This document shows positions 24,813 to 32,000 of a stretch of DNA of 32,000 nt, in pieces. The notes below the pieces were generated by a model that did not search any database, was not told the origin of the DNA, and saw only the letters and a program-made list of their open reading frames with translations. The translations under genes and the position numbers were made by a program. Source of the DNA: Pseudoalteromonas tetraodonis (GTDB lineage: Bacteria > Pseudomonadota > Gammaproteobacteria > Enterobacterales > Alteromonadaceae); contig NZ_CP011042.1 of NCBI RefSeq assembly GCF_002310835.1, forward strand, positions 1-32,000, in the 5' to 3' direction. Position 1 is the stretch's first letter; the number at the start of each line of letters is the position of its first letter.

Positions 24813-26131
24813 TGGATAATCAACCTTACGATTTTATAGCTATTGGCCTTGGGCCATTTAACTTATCTTTAGCGTGTTTAAGTGAACCGCTCGAAGATGT
24901 AAAAAGCCTGTTTTTAGAGCAGCGCAGTGAATTTGATTGGCACCCAGGAATGATGCTTGAGGGCGTTACATTACAAACTCCGTTTATGTCGGATTTAGTA
25001 ACCATGGCAGATCCAACCAGCCAGTATAGCTTTTTAAATTATGCCAAATTAAATAATCGTTTATACCCGTTTTATATTCGCGAAAGCTTTTTTTTATTGC
25101 GCCGTGAATACAACTTATATTGCCAATGGGTTTGCTCGCAGCTTTCAAATGTTAACTTTGAACAAACAGTCACTCACGTTGAATTTTGCCCGCAAAGTGA
25201 GTGTTATACCGTTAGCTGTAACACCCCTAATGGCATACAACATTATGTGACTCGCCATATTGTTTTGGGCACAGGGCCTGCACCGTATATTCCTGATTGC
25301 GCTGTGCAAAGTAACTCAAATAACGTAATGCACAGTAGCGATTTTTGTCATCGGCTTGATGAATTAAAAGCGGCTAAACGGGTTACCGTGGTAGGGGCTG
25401 GACAAAGTGCAGCAGAAATTTACCACACCTTATTGCAGCAAGCAGTACCGCAAGGCTTGCAGTTAGATTGGATAGCACGCTCACCGCGCTATTTTCCGCT
25501 TGAGTATACTAAACTCACCCTTGAAATGACCTCTCCTGAGTATGTAGATTACTTTTATAATTTAAAAACTGAGCAGCGAGATTGGCTCAATCAAAACCAA
25601 AAAAATCTATTTAAGGGCATTAATGGCGATTTAATTAACGACATTTTCGACACCCTCTACGCGCAAAGCCTTGATGGGCCAATTTCTACTACATTTAAAA
25701 CTAACAGCAGGCTAACAGGTACTCAAAAAGTAGGTAAGCGTTTACTGACTGAGTTTTATCATCAGGAGCTTGAGCAGCCCTTTTCAATAGAAACCGACTT
25801 TTTAATTTGCGCCACGGGCTTTAAATATCAGCGCCCTGCTTTTTTAAATAATATTGCCCATCAACTACCCCAAGATGAGCAAGGTCGTTATTTAGTGAGC
25901 CGTGACTATGCGGTAGATACAGAGCAAAAACGTATTTTTGTACAAAATGCTGAGCAGCATACTCATGGTTTTGTAACTCCAGATTTAGGTATGGCTTGCT
26001 ACCGTAATAGTATTATTTTACGTGAAATTTTAGGTTATTCGCCTTATCAGGTTGAGCAAAAAATTGCTTTTCAAAACTTTGATTTAAGTGATGTCACCCT
26101 ATCAACACAACAGCAGAGTAGCGCCGCATGA
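24812..26131 (+). CDS. diamine/lysine N-hydroxylating flavin monooxygenase (IucD/AlcA/DesB/BibB family)
   Basis: 439 aa. FAD motif DFIAIGLGPFNLSLA, NADPH motif VVGAGQSAAEI. The start overlaps the upstream stop (TAATG). Confidence 0.9.
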   Translation: MDNQPYDFIAIGLGPFNLSLACLSEPLEDVKSLFLEQRSEFDWHPGMMLEGVTLQTPFMSDLVTMADPTSQYSFLNYAKLNNRLYPFYIRESFFLLRREYNLYCQWVCSQLSNVNFEQTVTHVEFCPQSECYTVSCNTPNGIQHYVTRHIVLGTGPAPYIPDCAVQSNSNNVMHSSDFCHRLDELKAAKRVTVVGAGQSAAEIYHTLLQQAVPQGLQLDWIARSPRYFPLEYTKLTLEMTSPEYVDYFYNLKTEQRDWLNQNQKNLFKGINGDLINDIFDTLYAQSLDGPISTTFKTNSRLTGTQKVGKRLLTEFYHQELEQPFSIETDFLICATGFKYQRPAFLNNIAHQLPQDEQGRYLVSRDYAVDTEQKRIFVQNAEQHTHGFVTPDLGMACYRNSIILREILGYSPYQVEQKIAFQNFDLSDVTLSTQQQSSAA

Positions 26132-27306
26132 GTCTTCGTTTAGCGCTAATTTTGCTGACGGTTATTTCGGTGGTATGCGATACCTTGCTGCTACCGTTTT
26201 ATCCGCAATTTTTTGCTAGTGAATTTGCTATTAGTAACGCCACTCTAATCGGCCTCTTTGTGGCTAACTGTTGTATTACTGTAATGCTGGCTTTACCGCT
26301 ATGGGCTAAGGTCGCTAAAAAATACAATGAATTGGCTTTGTGGTTAGTAACCCAAGTAGTAGCCGCTGGTTTTGGCCTGCTTTGCTACTTTGCGACCAAT
26401 GTGTGGGAGTTTTGGGTTTACTACCAACTTATGTTGGTGCTCAAGGCAAGCTACCTACTTATATACCCATTTGCACTGCGATTAGAGCAACAAACTAAGC
26501 ATTTATCTATTATTGGTTTGTTTTCTGTATTGATGCATTTTGGTGCGATTGGTGGTGCTTTAATTGGTGGTTACTTCTTTAGTTTAGCAGAGCCACGCTA
26601 TGCGTTATTACTCAGTAGTGCCGGTGACCTAATCCAGGTTTTATTATGCGCCTACTTAATGTATTCATTAAAAACAGGTATTTATCAGCAAGTAATAGCG
26701 ACTGAAAAACCGCGAGAACGTATTCCCTATTTTATTTGGCAATTTTGCTTTTTAAGTGTGGTGGTTTATTTTAGCGCGTTTTTAATTCGCCCTTTCTTTA
26801 CTACTCATTGGCAAGCATTAAACGCACAAAGCAGCACCTTGCAAAGCGCTGTTGTATACGCCATTCCTGCTTTTTCAGCGCTTGTTATGCTGGTTTTTAA
26901 CCATTTCAGGCAGCATCTACCACTGCCAACATTAAGCCGCACTAGCACTTTGTTATGTGCACTTATTTTAGGGGCGCTTGGGCTTTATTTACAAGCGCAG
27001 GCGTCGGTGGGGTTAGTGATTTTATCACGTGTTTTATATGGCTTTGCGCTATTTCAAGTGATGGTACTGCTAGAGGTAATGCTATTTGCTAAAAGTGAGC
27101 CTGCACATTACGGCAGCGACTTTGCCAAAGTGCACATTGCTCAAAATATCGGGGTTATTTTAGCGTCGTTACTAGTGGGTATGAGCGTAGAGCATCTTTC
27201 AACCACGGTTGTGTTTTACTTTGCTGCCATTGGCTTTGCAAGCCTTGCCTTTATTTTGCTTTGGCGGGTTAAGGCTGTTGCTCGAACTGCGCGTTCAGCG
27301 TCTTAG
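26128..27306 (+). CDS. MFS transporter (probable siderophore exporter)
   Basis: 392 aa with about 12 hydrophobic segments. ATGA overlap with the monooxygenase gene. Embedded in the biosynthetic operon. Confidence 0.75.
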   Translation: MSLRLALILLTVISVVCDTLLLPFYPQFFASEFAISNATLIGLFVANCCITVMLALPLWAKVAKKYNELALWLVTQVVAAGFGLLCYFATNVWEFWVYYQLMLVLKASYLLIYPFALRLEQQTKHLSIIGLFSVLMHFGAIGGALIGGYFFSLAEPRYALLLSSAGDLIQVLLCAYLMYSLKTGIYQQVIATEKPRERIPYFIWQFCFLSVVVYFSAFLIRPFFTTHWQALNAQSSTLQSAVVYAIPAFSALVMLVFNHFRQHLPLPTLSRTSTLLCALILGALGLYLQAQASVGLVILSRVLYGFALFQVMVLLEVMLFAKSEPAHYGSDFAKVHIAQNIGVILASLLVGMSVEHLSTTVVFYFAAIGFASLAFILLWRVKAVARTARSAS

Positions 27307-27330
27307 TTTTTAAGATTTATTGGAGTTTTT

Positions 27331-29679
27331 ATGTATTTTTCATCTTTTGTAAGCACCCTACAGCATACCGGCAAAGTAACGATGCGGTTATTACAGCAAA
27401 CAGATATGCCAACAATATGCGATTGGCTTAAGCAACCGTATGCGCACTTTTGGGGGATGCAGCAGCAAACCGAGCAACAAATAACTAAAGCGTATCAAGC
27501 TATTATTGATACGCCTCATCATCAGGCATACGTGATCGAGCAAAATAATAACCTATTGGCTTTAGTTGAGCTTTATAGCCCAGAGCACGAAAGCTTAATG
27601 AAAGCGGCGTACGAAGTTGAACCGAATGATGTGGGTATGCATATTTTATTAGCGCCTAACACGGCACCTAAGCACCATTTTAGTTTTGAAATGATGCAGT
27701 GCGTGCTGCAAAGTATTTTTGCTCAAAACAGCGCCGCTCGTGTTGTGGTTGAGCCTGACATTGCTAATAGTAAAATTCATACATTAAATAAGCGTTTGGG
27801 GTTTGTGCATACCCAGCAAATTCAACTGGGCGAAAAAGCCGCTTATTTAGGCTTTTGTAATAAAGCAGCCTTTGATAGGCACAGCCAACTATTTACTGAT
27901 TCGTTAGCGCCTTTACAAACTGATTACGTGATACAGCCACATTGGCAATGGGCAAATCGGCATTTACAAGCTAAAGCACTCACCGAGCTTGTGCACGAGC
28001 GTTTATTGGCCGCAGAGACAACAAAGCAAGGCTTTAAAGTGAATGTTGAAGGCGGTTACTTTATTTTTAATGGCCGTGCTATGGCACTAAACCATATTGA
28101 TATAGACGAGCCAAGCCTATGCTTTTACAACCTTAACGAAGAGCTGCAGCCGCTAGATGTGTTGCACTTTTTTAGTATGCAAGGGCCTGCGCTAGGTTTA
28201 ACGGGTAAGCGCCTTGCCACCTACCTTGAAGAGCTAAATGCTACTTTAGCCAGTGCGTGCTTTAAACGCGAAAATAACACCTTAACAGCGGCGCAGTTAG
28301 CTAATTTAGGGCTGCAAAAAATAGAAGCTGCAATGAGTGAAGGTCACCCTGCGTTTGTGGCTAATAATGGCCGCATTGGTTTTAGTAAAGCTGACTTTTT
28401 ACGTTATGCGCCAGAAGTAGGCAAACCGTTTAAAATACTGTGGTTAGCAGCGCATAAAGCGGTATGCGACTTTGCCCATAGTGAATACTTTGCCGATTAC
28501 CCAAGCCATATAAGTGATGAGCTAGATTTAACCACCCGAGATGCGTTTAACAAAGCGCTAAAAGCTCAAAACCTTAACCCCGATGATTACTTACTCATTC
28601 CTGCTCACCCTTGGCAGTACCAACACAAATTGAGTGTGGTATTTGCAAATGAGTTGGCAAATCAGCGATTAGTGTATTTAGGTGAAGGTGACGATTTATA
28701 TCAAGCGCAACAATCAATTCGGACCTTATATAATTGCTCGCACCCGCATAAGCCGTATTTAAAAGTGGCGTTGTCGATTTTAAATATGGGATTTATGCGT
28801 GGCCTATCGCGTGCTTACATGGCGGTGACTCCTGCCATTAACGATTGGGTATTTGAAAAGGTTAGCCAAGATCAACAACTCGCAGGCGCTAATTTTACAG
28901 CGCTTAGAGAATACGCCACCTTAGGTTATGCCCATCATACGTTTGAGCAACACGCCCTTGGGGATACACCCTATCGTAAAATGTTTGCCTGCTTATGGCG
29001 AGAAAACCCAAACCATAATTTAAATAGTGATGAACAACTGACCACTATGGCAGCGTTATTACACTTAGATAATAATGGCCAAAGTTTAGTGGGCGAATGG
29101 ATAGCGCAAAGTGGTTTGAGCACGCAGCAGTGGTTACATGAGTACTTTAATGCCTATTTAATTCCGCTAGTACATTGCTTTTACGCGCATAAATTAGTGT
29201 TTATGCCCCACGGTGAAAACCTCATTTTAAAGCTTAAAAATTCGGTGCCAGTGGGCGCATATATGAAAGACATAGGTGAAGAGGTTGCCTTACTTAATAG
29301 CACTGAAGTATTGCCTGCAGGGGTTGAACGTATTCATGTTTCTATGCCTAAAGAGCTTGAGCTGTTAAGTATATTTACCGATGTATTTGACTGCTTCTTT
29401 AGATACTTAGTGGCAATTTTAGTGCGAGAAGAGCGTATTACAGAGCATGACTTTTGGCAGTGTGTTACGCAAAGTGTTAAAGCATATCAACATGCTAACC
29501 CTGCTTTAAATGAGCGATTTAAAGAGTATGACTTTTTTAGTGATGAGTTTGCTCACTCTTGTTTAAACCGCTTACAGCTGGGTAATAATGAGCAAATGGT
29601 TGATTTAACGGATCCGGCAGGTAGTTTGCAGTTTGCTGGTAACTTAAACAACCCCGTATCGGCAAAGCTGTATGGCTAA
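27331..29679 (+). CDS. fused N-hydroxydiamine acyltransferase (IucB/AlcB/DesC-like) and IucA/IucC NIS synthetase (BibC-like)
   Basis: 782 aa. The N-terminal ~180 aa carries WLKQPYAHFWGM and VVVEPDIANSK (siderophore acyltransferase type). It is followed by IucA/IucC hallmarks IPAHPWQ, QSIRTL and MPHGENL, and a C-terminal FhuF-like helper region. Confidence 0.9.
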   Translation: MYFSSFVSTLQHTGKVTMRLLQQTDMPTICDWLKQPYAHFWGMQQQTEQQITKAYQAIIDTPHHQAYVIEQNNNLLALVELYSPEHESLMKAAYEVEPNDVGMHILLAPNTAPKHHFSFEMMQCVLQSIFAQNSAARVVVEPDIANSKIHTLNKRLGFVHTQQIQLGEKAAYLGFCNKAAFDRHSQLFTDSLAPLQTDYVIQPHWQWANRHLQAKALTELVHERLLAAETTKQGFKVNVEGGYFIFNGRAMALNHIDIDEPSLCFYNLNEELQPLDVLHFFSMQGPALGLTGKRLATYLEELNATLASACFKRENNTLTAAQLANLGLQKIEAAMSEGHPAFVANNGRIGFSKADFLRYAPEVGKPFKILWLAAHKAVCDFAHSEYFADYPSHISDELDLTTRDAFNKALKAQNLNPDDYLLIPAHPWQYQHKLSVVFANELANQRLVYLGEGDDLYQAQQSIRTLYNCSHPHKPYLKVALSILNMGFMRGLSRAYMAVTPAINDWVFEKVSQDQQLAGANFTALREYATLGYAHHTFEQHALGDTPYRKMFACLWRENPNHNLNSDEQLTTMAALLHLDNNGQSLVGEWIAQSGLSTQQWLHEYFNAYLIPLVHCFYAHKLVFMPHGENLILKLKNSVPVGAYMKDIGEEVALLNSTEVLPAGVERIHVSMPKELELLSIFTDVFDCFFRYLVAILVREERITEHDFWQCVTQSVKAYQHANPALNERFKEYDFFSDEFAHSCLNRLQLGNNEQMVDLTDPAGSLQFAGNLNNPVSAKLYG

Positions 29680-30310
29680 ACCGATTACCCTTGCGCAGTT
29701 TTTATATTGCCATCAACCCGTACAACGAACTTTTAAACCGAGCTTATTATTAGTGCGCGCTTTAACAGTTCGTTGTAAGGCGCAGTACCCGACTGCGCCT
29801 AAGCAATTTATTAGTCGGCATTTGTATTTGCAGCTTTGTTGGCAAGCTATTTACGCTTATTGCTATTGGTTTGCTTGCAAGCAAAGTACGGCTGACCCCA
29901 TTAACATGCCGTTAGCGGTAAATGGCGCTTATTGTCGTGGGTTTAACCTGAATAATGGCGTGTTAGTAAGTAAAGCTGAGCAAACCAAAGCGTTTACTCA
30001 TTTTATAAGCCAAGTTGGTGAATGGGTAAATACCGACTACGCGCTGGGTAAAAAAGAACAAGCACGGTTATTACTCGATTCGTTAAGTAGTGCTATTGAG
30101 CGAGCTCATAGCTTAGCCCTTGCAACCACTTTACATATCAATAATTGCCATCGTCAGCTGCATACCCTTATTTGTGAGCACTTTAGCCTTGATGCGCCAT
30201 TTACTGAAAACCCCCAGCGTTTAACCTGTTGCCGCTATTATTTAGCCGGTTATAGCAAATGCCAAACCTGCCCTAAAAAGGATATTAAAACCAATGAACC
30301 AACGTCTTAA
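29672..30310 (+). CDS. FhuF-like ferric-siderophore reductase, (2Fe-2S)-binding
   Basis: 212 aa. C-terminal CC-x9-C-x2-C cluster (LTCCRYYLAGYSKCQTCP) resembles the FhuF C-terminal iron-sulfur motif. Overlaps the end of the synthetase gene. Confidence 0.7.
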   Translation: MAKPITLAQFLYCHQPVQRTFKPSLLLVRALTVRCKAQYPTAPKQFISRHLYLQLCWQAIYAYCYWFACKQSTADPINMPLAVNGAYCRGFNLNNGVLVSKAEQTKAFTHFISQVGEWVNTDYALGKKEQARLLLDSLSSAIERAHSLALATTLHINNCHRQLHTLICEHFSLDAPFTENPQRLTCCRYYLAGYSKCQTCPKKDIKTNEPTS

Positions 30311-31373
30311 AACGATTGATCTTGCGCGTGGTGCGAGCGTTTTCATTATGATTATTGTGCATACCTTATGGATGTATGCCACCACAGCGCTTCAAAGTGA
30401 AAGCGCATTTGGTACGGTTGTACATATACTTGGCAAAGGCACCGCCTCGTTTTTGGTGGCAATGGGGCTATCTATGGCGCTTTCGCGCAGGCAAACACCC
30501 TTGCTATTAATTAAGCGTGGTTTACAGCTTTTACTGCTTGCCTATTTAATGAATGCGGCCAAGTTTTGGCTACCTATTGAAGTATTTAATACCATGCCCG
30601 AGGCGTTTATAAATGCTTATGGCTGGCAAAGTCCGCTCAGTGCTGGGCAGTTACAATTTATGGTGTTAACAGGTGATATTTTACAACTGGCTGGAGTTAG
30701 CTTATTGCTGTTTGGTGTGCTTAATATTGCCCGTTGGAAAACAATATGGATTGCGGTTTTAGCCATTGCAATTGCAGTTATGAGCCAGTTTGTGAGGGGG
30801 CAACAATTTACGCTTTCACCTTATATTAGCGATTTGTTTTTTGCTAATAACTATCAAGTGTATTTTCCGGTATTTCCTTGGATAAGTGCGATATTAACGG
30901 GGTATGTACTTGGTCGTTTATACCTTAGTAATCAACAAAATGCCGATTACTTATATAAAGTATGTGCACAACTTGGTGCTGCTTTACTTGTTATTGGCGG
31001 CATATGGTTAGCCATTGATTTTAAAGGACAGTTTGGCAACTTTTTCCATTTAAATGGCGGCGGTATTAGCTATTTAGTTGGCTTAAATTTATGTGCCCTA
31101 GCGGCTATACAGTATATTTTTGCTGATAAATATAATGGTCCTATTACACGTGCTCTTTTATATGCCAGTAAACATGTAACCGCGCTATATGTTATTCAAT
31201 GGGTACTTATTTGCTGGTTTATGGGGGCGCTTGGTTATCATACCCTTAGCCTTTGGCCGACACTTTGTATGATGGTACTAATGACTTTACTGACTTTTGC
31301 TGTGCATAAGGTTTATTTAAAAAGCAAACAGAGCTTCACAGACATTACGCAAAAAACTAAACGTACAGCTTAA
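30294..31373 (+). CDS. DUF1624 / acyltransferase-3-like polytopic membrane protein
   Basis: 359 aa with about 10 TM segments. The N-terminus KTIDLARGASVFIMIIVH resembles the R..S.D..RG.a...M...H start of DUF1624 / heparan-glucosaminide-N-acetyltransferase-like proteins. Overlaps the fhuF-like gene by 17 nt. Confidence 0.6.
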   Translation: MNQRLKTIDLARGASVFIMIIVHTLWMYATTALQSESAFGTVVHILGKGTASFLVAMGLSMALSRRQTPLLLIKRGLQLLLLAYLMNAAKFWLPIEVFNTMPEAFINAYGWQSPLSAGQLQFMVLTGDILQLAGVSLLLFGVLNIARWKTIWIAVLAIAIAVMSQFVRGQQFTLSPYISDLFFANNYQVYFPVFPWISAILTGYVLGRLYLSNQQNADYLYKVCAQLGAALLVIGGIWLAIDFKGQFGNFFHLNGGGISYLVGLNLCALAAIQYIFADKYNGPITRALLYASKHVTALYVIQWVLICWFMGALGYHTLSLWPTLCMMVLMTLLTFAVHKVYLKSKQSFTDITQKTKRTA

Positions 31374-31410
31374 GCTGTAAAGGGGCTTTACGGGCGCTGA
31401 TTTGGGTGCC

Positions 31411-32000
31411 CTAGCCTGCTTTTATTGCGTTAATAACGCTATGCATACGCTTTGCTAATGGTCTATTTCGGTGATGACTCACATAAATATTTTCGCTAAT
31501 TGGTTTGGTTAAATGATGCGTTTTAATAAGCGCAGGTTTATTAAAAGCACTTACTGCGTGTGCTGGTAAAACCGTAAAACCCAGCCCTAAACTTACCGGC
31601 TCCAGTATTAAACTTATTTGGTTAGAAAACCCCGTTTGCTTAATTTGATCAACATGTTCAAATTCTGGGAAATTTTCACTTAATAAAAGCTGTGCATGAT
31701 GTTTTGCATCGGGGTGGCTAATAAAACCTAGTTGATTTAATGCGCTCCATGTTGGGTTTTCTATATGTGCGGGCGTTACTAATAATAGGCATTCTTTACC
31801 AATTTTGTGGCTGGTAACTTCACTAAGGGTAGGCGCTTGAGTTAAAAAGCCAATATCGGCACTATGATTGGCCACTGCTTGTTCAACACTGGTATTTGGA
31901 GCAAAGCGGTAATCTATAATTAGCTCCTTGTACTCTACTTGCAATGCTAATAGTTGATTGTAAAACTTTAGCCCGCAACTGCCTGGCGACTGTATTTTAA
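31411..32000 (-). CDS. LysR-family regulator, 3' portion (gene runs off the window end)
   Basis: The C-terminal substrate-binding domain pattern is present. The reading frame stays open upstream of the listed Met (…KIQSPGSCGLKFYNQLLA-MQVEY…) up to position 32000, so the HTH domain lies outside the window. Confidence 0.8.
   Translation of the reverse strand, partial: KIQSPGSCGLKFYNQLLALQVEYKELIIDYRFAPNTSVEQAVANHSADIGFLTQAPTLSEVTSHKIGKECLLLVTPAHIENPTWSALNQLGFISHPDAKHHAQLLLSENFPEFEHVDQIKQTGFSNQISLILEPVSLGLGFTVLPAHAVSAFNKPALIKTHHLTKPISENIYVSHHRNRPLAKRMHSVINAIKAG

Overview
This window looks like a marine gammaproteobacterium, Alteromonadales-like and possibly a Pseudoalteromonas secondary chromosome. 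That placement is inferred from gene content and sequence style only; no search was run.

Gene content, in order:
- The window opens on a plasmid or chromosome-II-type partition locus: type Ia parA-parB, followed by a GATC-dense iteron-like array.
- Next come a SWIM-SNF2 helicase, three tandem sRNA-like units, rmuC, a YgiD-type extradiol dioxygenase, a secreted MBL-fold protein, LysR regulators, a DPP-IV-type S9 peptidase, an HPF/RaiA-like small protein and a TauE/SafE permease.
- A met-box-preceded DUF1852 + core-MetE pair (mesX-mesD type) follows.
- Then comes an AT-rich island of genes with no recognisable homologues, followed by a haloacid dehalogenase and a GyrI-like protein.
- A Fur-box-preceded, translationally coupled NIS hydroxamate siderophore operon of the BibABC/DesABCD type follows. 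The window ends inside a LysR gene.

Most interesting observations:
1. 18.47-21.35 kb is a low-GC island organised like an integrase-less integron cassette array (imperfect palindromes bounded by GCCTAAC...GTTAGGC, stop codons inside the core sites). It carries a TIR-like (COG4271-type) fusion protein and a 2-TM protein, and is a candidate uncharacterised anti-phage or abortive-infection module.
2. 5.98-6.47 kb holds three tandem paralogous sRNA-like units. Each has a sigmaE-type promoter geometry, covarying hairpins, a conserved anti-RBS/start-codon seed and a strong intrinsic terminator.
3. A GATC-rich repeat array lies downstream of parB.
4. Two dispersed repeat families occur in intergenic regions.

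All functional calls rest on motif recognition by eye. No homology search, folding or statistics could be run.
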